Below are positions 27,401 to 38,643 of a DNA stretch of 64,000 bases, one piece after another. The stretch is from Caecitellus pseudoparvulus. Its lineage: Eukaryota; Protista; Bigyra: Bicosoecida. A model generated the notes under the pieces. It saw only the letters and a program-made list of their open reading frames with translations, was not told the origin of the DNA and searched no databases. The stretch is taken from assembly GCA_965644315.1 (NCBI GenBank), contig CBFFRQ010000094.1:62001-126000 (forward strand). Direction: 5' to 3'. Each line of letters starts with the position of its first letter. The first letter of the stretch is position 1. The position numbers and the translations under genes were made by a program.

Positions 27401-28138
27401 CGGTGGTTCAGAGGCGCTGTGCGCAGGGGCATGAAGGGGGGGGAGGTGCTGGCGGAGTTGGAGGCATTTGCGCGGCAAGTGCCTGACGTCGTCGCCGCCC
27501 GCATCGCCGCCCAAGCCGCGCCGTCCACGCCGCCGGCACCCACCCCTGTCCCCTCTGGTGCGGCTGTCGCTGCCGGGGGGGGGGGTATGCCGCCCCCCCC
27601 GGCTTCGGACGTCGTGACCAGCAGTCAGTTCCCGTACACGCTGCCTGGCGCCACGGCGCTGAGCGCAGCAGCCGGGTTTGGCGGCGTGACGAGTCACACG
27701 CTGACGCAGCACCGCAGCCAGCCGGGCACCCAGAACACCAGCCCGAACACAAGCCGCGCCAGCTCTGTGCCGAAGAGTGTGAAGGCGGGCACACCCCCCA
27801 CACAGGTGGCGAGCGCCCCCCCCCCTCGGCCCACCGAGGCACCCCCTCCCTCTCCCTCCGTGTACGCCAGTTTGGACACCGGCATGGGGGATGGAGGGGG
27901 GGGTGGCCTGTCGCCCACCTCCCGCCTGGCCAGCCAGGAGGTATCCTCGCACTGCACGACCTTCCTGGAGACAGGCAGCCTGCTGGGCTTGTCGTCAGAC
28001 AGCGACAGCGACTCCATCGCCAGTGCGGGCGTGGCGGTGAGCCTGCCACCGCCACGTCTGACCACCGTGCCAGTGGCACGGCACGCGTCACCCGACGTGC
28101 TGCCACCACACGCCAAGCGGGCTCGCACAATGCATTGA
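24455..28138 (+). CDS. BRIP1: Fe-S DEAH helicase of the XPD/Rad3 family, FANCJ/BRIP1-like
   Basis: PFPSQLAVM...NALLES|PTGTGKTLALL, ASRTHSQL, Fe-S cysteines (SREQYC...C...C...CPYF), ILDEAHN, LTSGTLAP, AVCRGKVSEGIDF and RALNQALGRCIRHRNDFG. The PSQLAxM N-terminus favours FANCJ over RTEL1. Confidence 0.85.
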
Positions 28139-28323
28139 ACCTCACGTCACGTGGCGCCCTTGTCGCGTGGGCGGGGCGGAGGGGGGCGTGCTTCGCTTGC
28201 GTTTCAGGGCGTTTCACAACGCACCGAGGCAGCAGGTGCGCTCCCGCTGTCAGCGGTCCGCCCCCACAGTGCACAGGCAGTGCTTGCCGCTCCACTTCAC
28301 TGTGCGCGGCGTTGGGATTGGGC

Positions 28324-30575
28324 TCACTCGGCCACCAGGCCTCGGAAGTCGCGGAATTGCCCCGAGGGTGCAGGCGCTGCTGCGTCGGAGGTTTGCACGC
28401 CGCTGCGCTTGGGCGCCACAGCGGCCTGCGCTGGCTTGGGGGCGGGCGCAGCGGCCTTTTGCTTCAGCACATCAGCGAAGGACTTGCCAGCGGCGCCCTT
28501 GCTACCCCAGGCGCCGCCTGCTGCGGCAGCAGGGGCTGGTGCGGGGGCTGGTGCTGGTGTGGGAGCTGGCGCTGGCGCTGGCGCGTCGGCCTTGGGCGCA
28601 GTGGCCTCCTTGGGCACGGCAGGCGCCTGCGCCGCGTCGGTGCCCGCGACAGCCGCCGCCATGGCAGCTGAGGGCGTGGCGCCAGGGGCCAGGGTGGCAC
28701 CGGCGGGGGGCCGCATCATGGCCGGGGCAGGCGCCTTGAGGGCAGCCGCGTAGCCGCTGCGCTTGGGGGCGGCCTCTGCACCGCCACTGGCGCCGCCCGT
28801 GGCCTTGCGTGCGCCGCCCAGTCGGGGTGTGGTCTTTTCGTCAAAGGTGGGCACGGGCTGGCGTGGGGCGGGGGCAGGTGCGGGGGCGGCCTCGCTGGCC
28901 TTGGGGGGGCGCCCGCCACCACGGTTGCCGTCCCGGGTGCCGCGCTCGCGGCCACCTCGGCGGTTGCGACCCGCGTCGCGACCACCGCGTCGCCCGCCGT
29001 CGCCACCTGCGGCACCCTTCTCATCCGAGCGGCCCGAGCCACCACCCCCCGTGGACCCAGCGGCCCCCCCCTCCTTGGCCTTGTCCCCGAACACCATGGA
29101 GCGGTAGTCCACAGAGGACACGGAGTCAACCGAGTCAAAGCGGGGGCGCCCATGTGCCAACGCAGCATCCATGCTCTCGGACCGCTGGCGGCGGATGAGG
29201 TTGGCGTCGGGTGTCTCGCGCACCGCCAGGGGGTGTGCTGCGGCGTCCATGCCCTGCGGGCGGGACGCTTCGATGCTGGCTGCCGTGACGCTGCGGATGA
29301 TCTGCATCATCTGCTCGGCGGTGTACGCCTGGTAGGGGCCCGTGTACCCCATGGGTGCTGCCGCCAGGGGCAGCATGGGGAACCCGCCTGGCATGCCGCT
29401 GCCGCCCATGCCGCTGGCGCCAGGCATGGGGTATGCGCCTGGGAAGGCCACAGGCATGCCGGTGGGCATCCCCGTAGGCATGCCAGTGGGCATGCCGCCT
29501 GGGATGGGGAAGGCCCCCCCTCCCGGCATGCCGAGGGGGGCAAAGCCGCCAGCGGGGGGGGCCTTGGCGGCGCTGGGCGCCGCACCGCCCGCTGTGAGGA
29601 GGTTCTGGAACCAGTTCTCGGACTTCATGCGAGCGCGCACAGGGGCGCCTGCGAAGGTGACATCCGCTAGCGCCTCCTCTGTCGCCACCGCCTCCGCCTC
29701 GGAAGCCATGCGGACGAACCAGGTGTCAGCCCACTGCAGGCTGACATCCACGGGTGTCGCACAGCCCGGGGCGGAGAAGATGCCACGCACCTCCTCCTCC
29801 TTGGTGCCCTCTGGGATGCGGCGCAGGATGATGGTGGTGCGCTCAGCCTGTGGCGTGGGGGGCGAGGGGGGTGAGTGCGTGTGCGCCAGGCCAGCGGCAC
29901 TTGGCCAGGCGGCAGAACAGGGCGGTGAGCGGTGCGGCGCAGCGCCGGCGGAGTATGGGGACACACCTTGACGTTGGGCCGCATGCGAGTGTTGTCAGCG
30001 GAGAGTGTGACCTTGTCACTGCCCTGCACGGCGGCAGCCACCGCCTCCACGCTCACGCCCATGCTTTTCAGGAGGGGAAATCCCGCAACGACAGAAATGG
30101 GCACGAAGCCCTGCGTGTCCATCTGCCCCACCAGGAAGGGGTCCTTGGACAGGTTTTCCCGGCTCAGGTAGTGCTCCACCTGCTTCAGGATGGCTGCTGG
30201 CTTGTCTGCGGTGGGCGCGGCAAGGGCGTGCTAGCGTCAGCTGTGCAGGGCCGCAGTGGGTCAGCACAACGCGCAGCGTTGAGGCCGCGTGCGCGCGGGG
30301 AGCCGCGCTGGCAGGCGCGCCAGCACAGGACACTGCCATTTTCTCCACGCTGCGCTTGCTTCCATGCGCAGCGGGCCCGCTGCCGGCCCACGCTCGCCGT
30401 GCACAGCACACCGAACGCACCTGCTTCAGACACTGGAGCGATGCCCTTGGCCGCATCCCCGGCGGTGGAAGGCGAAGCTGAGGCGGGGAGGGGGAGGAGC
30501 ACCATGCACGCTACTTGGTGCGGCGGGGCATGTGCGGAGAGCGGTGCTGGGCGGGGCACTGCACGCACCAGACAT
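28324..30575 (-). CDS. La-related RNA-binding protein, LARP4-like (La motif + RRM-like domain + disordered tail)
   Basis: La motif KQVEHYLSRENLSKDPFLVGQMDTQGFVPISVVAGF. RRM-like RTTIILRRIPE..EEVRGIF...TWFV...PVRARMK. Predicted ATG at 30575 with three introns. Confidence 0.85.
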
Positions 30576-30930
30576 GGCGGCTGTGCGCGGAAATCGGCCC
30601 GGCCAAACCCAGGCACCTGCTTGGAACGCAGCGTCGAGTGCTGCGCCGGCTCGTTCACGGGAGCGGGGCGAGGGCACGCTACAGCTGCAGGGCAGTAGCA
30701 GGCTCAGGCAGGGAGGGTGGGCATGGGAAAGTATCTGGCCCGGGGCACTGCGCACGTGCTCCGGCCGATTTCCGCGGAGAGCGCGCAGGGCGCTGGGGCC
30801 TGCACTTTCCACCCGCCTGCCACGCACACCGCCCCGCCGCGCTGCCTGCGCATGTGCACCCCCTCGCCAGGCGTAGTTCGGGGGCCGAACCGCCCCTCGT
30901 GGCCCGCTCGCCTCGCCCCTGTCAGCCACC

Positions 30931-33900
30931 ATGCAGTCTGGCCAAGGCGTGGCCGGTGCGCAGACCGCTGCAGGCGGCAGCGACGACCGCAGCCAGATGC
31001 TGCACTACCTGCAGCTGGCCCTGAACCAGAACGACGCGACGCGCCGGGAGGCAGAGCAGATTTTCGCCCAGGCAGAGGCTGGCAACCCCGTGCGTGCGGG
31101 CCTGCCGCCCGCAGCACGCCAACGCCAGTGCCACACGCGCCACTCCCACCGTCTCCCCCGTGCGCCCTCTTGCAGACCCAGTACTACCTCATCCTGGGCA
31201 ACATCATTGCAGATGCGACTGTGCCCATGGACGTCCGGCAGCTGGCTGCGCTGAACTTCAAGAATGGCCTGGAAGCCAAGGTGCGTGGGGTGCAGCGTTC
31301 AGGCAGGCGGCCGGCGCAGACGACGCCGTTCACGCTGGCAGGCCTCACGTGCCGCGCACCTGCCACTGCACAGAACGAGTACATTCAGGAGGAAAAGGCC
31401 AAGCGCTGGCTGAGCGTGGACGAGACGTCCCGCTCCACCATCAAGACCAACGTGCGTTCTGCTGGCGTTTCGCCGGCGCTTAACCGGCGCCGCCGCAGAG
31501 TGGCAGTCCGCACGCACCACCGTCTCCCCTGCGCCCCCTGCTCCAGCTCTTGACTGCTTTGGAACAGGGCGCGACCAAGGCTGCTCGCCAGGCCGCTCAG
31601 GTGCGTCCTGCGTCCCCGCCGCTGCCACTGGCGCTCTCACGCGCCGCCGTCCCTCCCTCAGGCCATGGCCGCTGTGGCTGCCATCGAGCTGCCACAGCGC
31701 AAATTCGGCTCCGTCATCCTGAACCTGTCCAAGGGCATCCAGGGCACCAGTAGCCCGGGTGTCGCAGTGGCTGCCGTCACCTGCCTCGGCTTCATCTGTA
31801 GCTCCCTGAAGCAGGGCGGGCTGGGGGCAGAGGAGATCTCTGCCATCCTGGAGGCAGTGGTGGGCATTGGCATGCGGGAGGGGCAGCCCGTGGAACTCAC
31901 CGTGTGCGTGGCCCGCCGCGGAGCGTGCCGTGCCCATCCTCCAGCATCCACGCCCACACTCGTTTCCCCCCCCGCCACAGGGCCTCGCTGGAGGCGTTCG
32001 AGTTGGTGGTGCCGTTCTGCGAGAGCGTGTTCGCAGATGGCAGGCAGCGGCAGATCGTGCTGGGGCACCTGTTCAAGGCGCTGGAGCACAGCAACATGGA
32101 CGTGCTGCGTTTCGCGTTCATCGCGCTGAACACCATCGCCCGCCTGTTCTACGGCAACCTGGGCCCCCACATGGCGGACCTGTTCCAGTACACTTCCACC
32201 GCCGTGGCCAAGTGTGCCGACAGGCGCGTGCAGGTGCAGGCGCTGGAGTTCTGGAACGTCATCTCCGAGACAGAGGTGGACATTGAGGAGGGCATGCAGG
32301 AGGGGCCCAATTTGAAGTTCACGGGCATGGCCCTGGACCGCCTCATCGGCATGGTGCAGTTCGTGCTGCAGTGCCAGAACGAGGACCCCGCCGACACGTC
32401 AGAGCAGCTGTCCAAGATGGGTGGCGTGTTGCTGCGGAACATGGCGCGGCTGGATGGGCCCACCACCCTGGGCAAGATGATGGGCTTCATCAACCAGCAC
32501 TTCGAGTCGGCCGAGTGGCGCCAGCGCGAGGCTGCCACGCTGTCCCTGGGCGCCCTGCTCTCCTGCCTGGACAGCTCCGTGCAGCCCGTGGTGGAGGGGT
32601 CTGTGGCGGGGCACACCCTGGCGCAGGTGTGCCAGTCCGCCCTGCCCACGCTGCTGCAGCGCCTCATCGGGCCGTACACGGCGCCCGGCATGGCGCAGCG
32701 GGAGCCGCACCCCCTCGTGCGTAATACGTCTGCCTGGGTCATCGCCGTCATCGCCGAGGCGCACTTTGACGTCCTACGCAGCCTGGCTGGCGTGAGCACG
32801 CCAGGCGGCACGCCGGGCGCCAGCTGGGCGGAGTTCCTACAAATCGTCGAAGGCGCGCTGCAGGACGAGCCGCACGTGGTCATGCACGTGTGCCACATCA
32901 TCCACAACGTCGCCCACAGCACGGCGCAGGCAGACACCGCCCAGCGCAACATGCTGTCGGGGCAGTACCTGAAGCTGTTCAAGGCGCAGCTGAACGTGCT
33001 GGCGTCAGAGGGCGAGGACCCAGAGCTGGTCAGCGCCTGCGGCACCTGCATGGTGCAGATGGTGGAGGATGCCCCGGAGACGGAGGCCGAAGCGCTGGGG
33101 CAGCTGCTGCCCGTCGTGTACGACAAGGTGGACGCGTCCCTGACGGTGCTGAAACAGGCGGGGGGGCTGCCTGCCCAGCGCATGGCCGCCTCCACGCAGC
33201 TCATGGCGTACTGCTCCATCATGCAGGCGCTGGTCGGGCAGCTGCCCACGACGACCCTCCTGCAGCCCCTGCCTGGCGGCTCCGTCATGGCGGCCCGCCT
33301 CATCGAGCAGCTGGTGCGCGTGGCGTCCGCTGACGCGGGTGCTGCGTTGGAGGAGTCACTCATGGTGCTGCTGTCCATCGTGGAGGCGTTGGAGGAGCAG
33401 TTCGAGCCCTTCTTCGCCCACACCGACTCCATCATCCGCAAGTGCCTAGCTGACCCCGAGCAGGAGCTGCAGAGCATTATGGCGCTGCTGCTGGTGGGCA
33501 CCCTGGCCCGCGCCTGCCCGCTCGCCCTGGCGCAGAAGGGCCTCGCCCTCCAATACGTCCAGCTCATCGCCCGCACCCTGCACGTGCCCACTGTGCCGCC
33601 CAAGGTGAAGGCTGCCGCAGCCCAGGCCCTGGGCGAGCTGGCAGTGGCCATGGGCCCCGCCTTTGCTGAGATGGCCTCTGACGCCATGCAGCTGCTGGCC
33701 AACTTCCACGCTATCCCCTTCCCCGCCGACGACGAGCTGCAGGCCGAGACGCTGATGGAGATGCGCTCGGCGCTGTTCGAAGCGTACATTGGCATTCTGC
33801 AGGCCTTCTACGGCGACAAGCCCAAGGCGCAAGTGCTGGCCAGCCACCTCCCCGGCGTCGTGCGTTTCATCCAGCAGATGTACCAGGACTCCCTGGCCCA

Positions 33901-34192
33901 CGAGCTGGCCCGCGAGACGGACGTGTTCAAGTTCGTCTGCTCCTTCATCCTGGACATTGTCGCCATTTTCGGAGCGGACATGCCCCCCCGCCTGGGCCTC
34001 ACCCTGCGCACGCCCACCGGGCAGCCCACCTGGCTGACAGAGGTGGTGCAGTTCTCCAACAAGATGGAGCGGGAGGAGTGGGCGGAGGAGGAGGGCCTGC
34101 CAGTGTCAGAATTCGACTCTGCCCGCAACAGCGACGGCGAGCCGCTGTCCACCAACGGCGCCGACCTGTACAAGGCGCTGGGAGGGCAGTAG
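30931..34192 (+). CDS. KPNB1: Importin beta-1-like HEAT-repeat karyopherin
   Basis: IBN_N-like RREAEQ...VRQLAALNFKNGL...RWL, AAIELP, QALEFWNVISETEVD, WRQREAATLSLG and VRNTSAW. Five short 5' introns. Confidence 0.85.
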
Positions 34193-34244
34193 GCCCGCAC
34201 ACCCACGACCCGACTTCCCCCGTTGACACATCACATGCACCGAC

Positions 34245-34535
34245 GGCCCAGACCCGGTGGGCAGCCTGCTTTGCCGCAGAATGCATTGCACACCCCTCAT
34301 CGACCACCCTTCACAGTCTGGCGGCCCAGACCCGGTGGGCAGCCTGCCTTGCCGCAGAATGCATTGCACACCCCTCATCGACCACCCTTCACAGTTGCCC
34401 GGCCCAGACCCGGTGGGCAGCCTGCCTTGCCGCAGAATGCATTGCACACCCCTCATCGACCACCCTTCACAGTTGCCCGGCCCAGACCCGGTGGGCAGCC
34501 TGCCTTGCCGGAGAGTGCATTGCACACCCCCCCAT
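34245..34535. repeat. 78-bp minisatellite, ~3.7 near-identical copies
   Basis: The unit GGCCCAGACCCGGTGGGCAGCC...CACCCTTCACAG starts at 34245, 34323, 34401 and 34479. Confidence 0.97.
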
Positions 34536-34542
34536 CACACAC

Positions 34543-36273
34543 TCACGTGTGCCGGTGCATGTACTCGCACAGCCGGCACTCAGCGAGGTGGGCACAGTGA
34601 GACAAGTGCTGGGCAAATGCCGGGGGCAGGCTTCCCCCGTGCTCCTGCTTCCAGTCGAAGAATTCCTCGTACATGGCGTCGTTGGCGGAGATGTCTTCCA
34701 GGAAACCCACCAGCTGCTGCACCGAGTCAAAGTCTCGTGCGTTGATGAACGCATCACGCACCGGCGCAAAGGCGTCCACATTGGGAGCCCCCAGCACCAC
34801 TGGCACAGTGCCGGCCAGGATGGCTTGTGAGAATTCCGGGTTCAGGCTGTGCGGGGGGTGGAGGTTTGGGGGGGTTGCAAGAAGCGCGGGGAAGGGGCGT
34901 GCACTGTGCTGACTACACGTTGGCGGACTCACAACGAGTTCTCCAGCACTGCGTCAGTGATGAAGAGGAACTTGTACGTGCCGATAAAGTCGATGCGGGT
35001 GGACAGTTGGAAGGGTTCGCCACTGGCCTCTTGCACAGGCAACTCGGTGTTCTTCCAGTGGATATAGGAGTGCAGGTGGGCGCCCGTGCCACCTGGGCCC
35101 ATGGCCTCGATGAAATTCTGCACCCACTCGCGATCTGAGGGCGCGGGGCCGTGTTCCGAGAAATACGCCATGAAGCGGTCGGGGCGTTTGGGAGGGTGTG
35201 GCGCCAGGAACTGCGCCGGATCCCGCCCCCACGGGCACACCAAGGACACGGGCAGAGTCGACGCCAGGTCTGGCGTCATGGTGACGTCGAACTGGGAAAC
35301 TAGTGCTGGGTCCGTCGTCCACTCCTCACGCCCAATGGTGTTGTCGTAGTAGAATTGCACTCGCAGCGGCAGGGCGGGGGCCTTGCCCTCTGGCACTGTG
35401 TACGCGCCACCCCCGCCTTCGACATCTGCTGCGCCCAGGATGTGACCCGGGGGGGGGCTATCCCCGGGGCTGAGGGGGGTTGCGTAGGACGGGCGGTGGC
35501 GGGCAGGGAAGGGAAAGCCAAGCTCACGGGCGCGGGCAGCTCCGAGAAATTTCTCGTGGTTCACCGTCTCGGCCACCCACGCATCCGCCGAAGCAATGGC
35601 CCCCTCATCTCGCACAAAGTTGCAGCTGTACTGGCATTGCTTGTGTACCTGTGTGGCGTGCGGGGGGGATGGGGGGGAGGCGGTAAGCTTGCCGTGGAGG
35701 GGGAGTGGTGACGTTGCGCATCGCACCTTCACACCAGCTGCGGCCCAGTTCAGCGTGACGTCCTTGCCGTATCCCCAGCCAGTCCACACCTGTGGCGGAG
35801 AGGGGGGGGGGGTGAAGGGGTTGTGCAATTCACTTTGCGCAGCACCGAAGCCAGCTGGCGTGCCCACGCACACCCGTGTTCCACAGCCCCCCGCCTTCAC
35901 CCAGCACAATGGTGCGAGTACGACCATCGCTCTGAAAGGGCGCTGGCGCCTCCTGCACTGCGTTGGCCTGAGCGGGCTCGGCTGGGGCGTGTTGAGGTTC
36001 GCCTCCAATTTCCGCATGCACCATGCCCCGGTGGTGTGGGTGGGCCAGGCGCTGCCGGGGCGGCCCCCGCGTGCGCCCCACGCCCGTCATCTGCTTGTAC
36101 CCGACGTACCCCAGCGCTGCCAGCACCAGCATCACCACAACCAACGCCACACTTGCGCCAGGGGAACTCGGTTGTGGCTTGAGTTGCCGAGGCACAGTGC
36201 CCCAGCTTTCCGCCGGCCCCGCTTCCGCCTCCGGTGCACCCCCTCCCCCAGGGCCACGGCGGCGAGAAGCCAT
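34543..36273 (-). CDS. Glycosyltransferase family 10 (alpha-1,3-fucosyltransferase-like) type II membrane protein
   Basis: N-terminal TM anchor (VALVVVMLVLAALGYVGY), CQYSCNF, YKFLF...AILAGTVPVVLGAPNV..FAP..FINARDF...YEEFFDWK...CRLCE. Three introns. Confidence 0.82.
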
Positions 36274-36403
36274 GAAACCCCTTGCCAGGCACCTCTCCTG
36301 TCGCGAACTCCTGCCGTGTGCGGTCATGGGCCGGCCTTCGCTTCCGTGCGTTGCATTTTTGCAGGGTCGATGAAACTGCACCCACGCACACCTCGACAGC
36401 ACT

Positions 36404-38181
36404 TCAGTACCGATCCGCACTGACGTCAGCCGCCTCCTTCCGCAGGCGCGTGACTTCCCTGTTCTTGACTTTGTTCCGGGGCTTGCCGCCGCCCTTCTTC
36501 TTCGCGCCCTTCTTCGCCATGCTGCGTTTCACGCGCTCGCGGATCTCTGCGTCGGTCAGACCCAAGTGAGGCGTGCCGTCACCCCCCCCACGTGCCGCCG
36601 CCCGCGCCAAGCTGCCCTTCAACAGCGCCGCCTTGGAAGCCACATTCACCGCATGGCTGCGAGACGGCAGCACCCGTCGCCCGTCAGCGCGTCGCCGCAA
36701 ACCGTCGGGGATGCGCCCTAATTCCGCATCTGTCGGCCCCGCCTCCTCAGGCACCTCCCCCGGCAGGTCCAGGGGCTCTGCTGAGAAGTCGTGGTCGTCA
36801 GCCGCGGCCTCTGCGTCCAGGGCTGTCGGGGAGGCTGATGTGTGAGGGGGGGTGGAGGGGGCCGTGTCCCCCCCCCCTCCACCTGCCGCGGCCGCAGCGG
36901 ACGCCGGCGCCGCTCCACCCGCTTCTTCCTCCTCCTCCTCGTCACCGCTGCCACCGCTACTGCTGCTGTCCTCGGCTGGCGCCTCCTCTGCCGCCTCCAC
37001 CTGCTGGGCCAGGGTGTGTGCGAACAGCTGCCCGCCCTCATCCGCCAAGTCAGCGAACACCTTGGCGTGGTGCGCTGAAAAGCCACTGGCAGCCACCTGG
37101 GCGTCCAGGGCTGCTGTGCGGGGGATGAAGGGCAGGGTGGGCGGCACAGACACGCCCATGAGCGTGCAGGAGTCCTCTGGGACATACCCGAACCGGGCGC
37201 GGAAGAACTTCATGAGGCCGGCGACGTCCCGGTCAAACAGCTCGGTGGCGTTGGGGTGCTCCGTGGACACCATCTGGGGAAAGTCAATCATCGTCACGGT
37301 GCCGGTGGGGGACACCATGATGTTGAACTCGTTAAAGTCGCAGTGCACCAGGCCCACCTGGGCCATGCGGATGAGGATGGACATGCACTGCTCAAAAACT
37401 GCGCCAGGGTTTGTCACGCTGCTGACCTGGCACAGCGGACGCCCCATGACACGGCTCATCAGCACAGCGTGTCGAGAGCAGTCAATTGGTGTGGGAGTGG
37501 GGAACTCAGCCTCCTTCAAAGCCTGTGCGGCGACAGGGGGCGGGGGACGTGCGTCTGGGCTGTTCGTGAAACGCCGCTGAAACGCCACACGCACCGTCAT
37601 GAACGCATACTCCTTCAGCGCCCCCAGACGGGACATGTACAGCCAGGAGGCACTTTGCCGATGTTGCAAGTAGTCTCGTTTCTGTGCAGGGCATGGGCGG
37701 GGACAGTGACTGCGTGCTGCCTCAGAACCTGCTCGCCAACGCAAAATGGCGCCTGTTCCCCCTCGGCACGCACGCTCTTGATGGCGCGGAAGGAGGTGCG
37801 GCCCAGGCGCTGCAGCTTCAGCACCAGCTCGTCGCCTTCCGCGTTGGTGGCCAGGAAGATGTCGCTCTCCTTGCCCACGCCGATCTGGCTGCCGACACCG
37901 GTAATTGAGCCGCGTTGCAGCATGGCCCGCAACGCCAGGTAGTCATACCCGCCATACGTCAGCTTGTACCCATCGTACTTGCGCCGGTCGTGGGACACCA
38001 GCTTGAACTTGAGCAGCGTGGACATGACCTTGTGGATGCCCCCATGGCGCAGGCCTGCCAGACTCGCAATCAGCTCCACCGGCACCAGGTCGTGGTTCTT
38101 CATGCCCTGCTCCACGGCAGACAGGGCGCGGAAGTCATCCCGCGTCAGGAAACGCAAATTCCGCACGTCCAACTTGGGCAT
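36404..38181 (-). CDS. RIOK2: RIO2 atypical kinase (40S maturation)
   Basis: Winged-helix DFRALSAVEQGMKNHDLVP...YDGYKLTYGGYDYLAL, IGVGKESDI, RLGRTSFR, HCDFNEFNI and MIDFPQMVS. Two introns. Confidence 0.96.
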
Positions 38182-38643
38182 GGTGATCGGCTGTGGGCTG
38201 GCGCGTGCAGACGGGCACAGGCGGCGGCAGGCGCGTCGCTCGTGGACGCAGCGGCCGGCGCGTGGTTGGGCTGGAGGGTGGAATTTGGCCCGCTCGGACC
38301 AGTGTGTGCGTGCAGAGCAGAGGGGGGGGTTGGATAAATTGAATGTAAGTGGGAGTTGAAGAATTGAAATTTGAAGGGTTGGCCGGGGTGATACGGGGCC
38401 TTGTTGCCTGGAAAGTCGTGCTTGGAGTGATAGCTTTGTTGGGCTGCGTCGGCGTGGTTGGCTTGCGCCTTCGCTGCAGGCAGGTGCCCTGTATTGTGTT
38501 CATAGGAAGGCCACAGCGGCTGAGACGTAGAAGGGAGAGTCAAATTGCCTGTGGGGGCAGTCCAGTGACTGCCTCGCCTTTTGCATTTCTGCTGCGGGCG
38601 AGGTTTTACGCAGCCTCTGCGGAAATCGGTCTCACCAGTTGCC

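Noticed and set aside
18741-33795. Long antisense or alternative-frame ORFs (e.g. 18741-20543, 21137-22762, 32149-33795)
   Set aside because: Expected from extreme GC3 bias opposite well-supported genes.
34245-34535. CRISPR-like array
   Set aside because: Whole units repeat with no unique spacers, the context is eukaryotic, and there are no cas genes.
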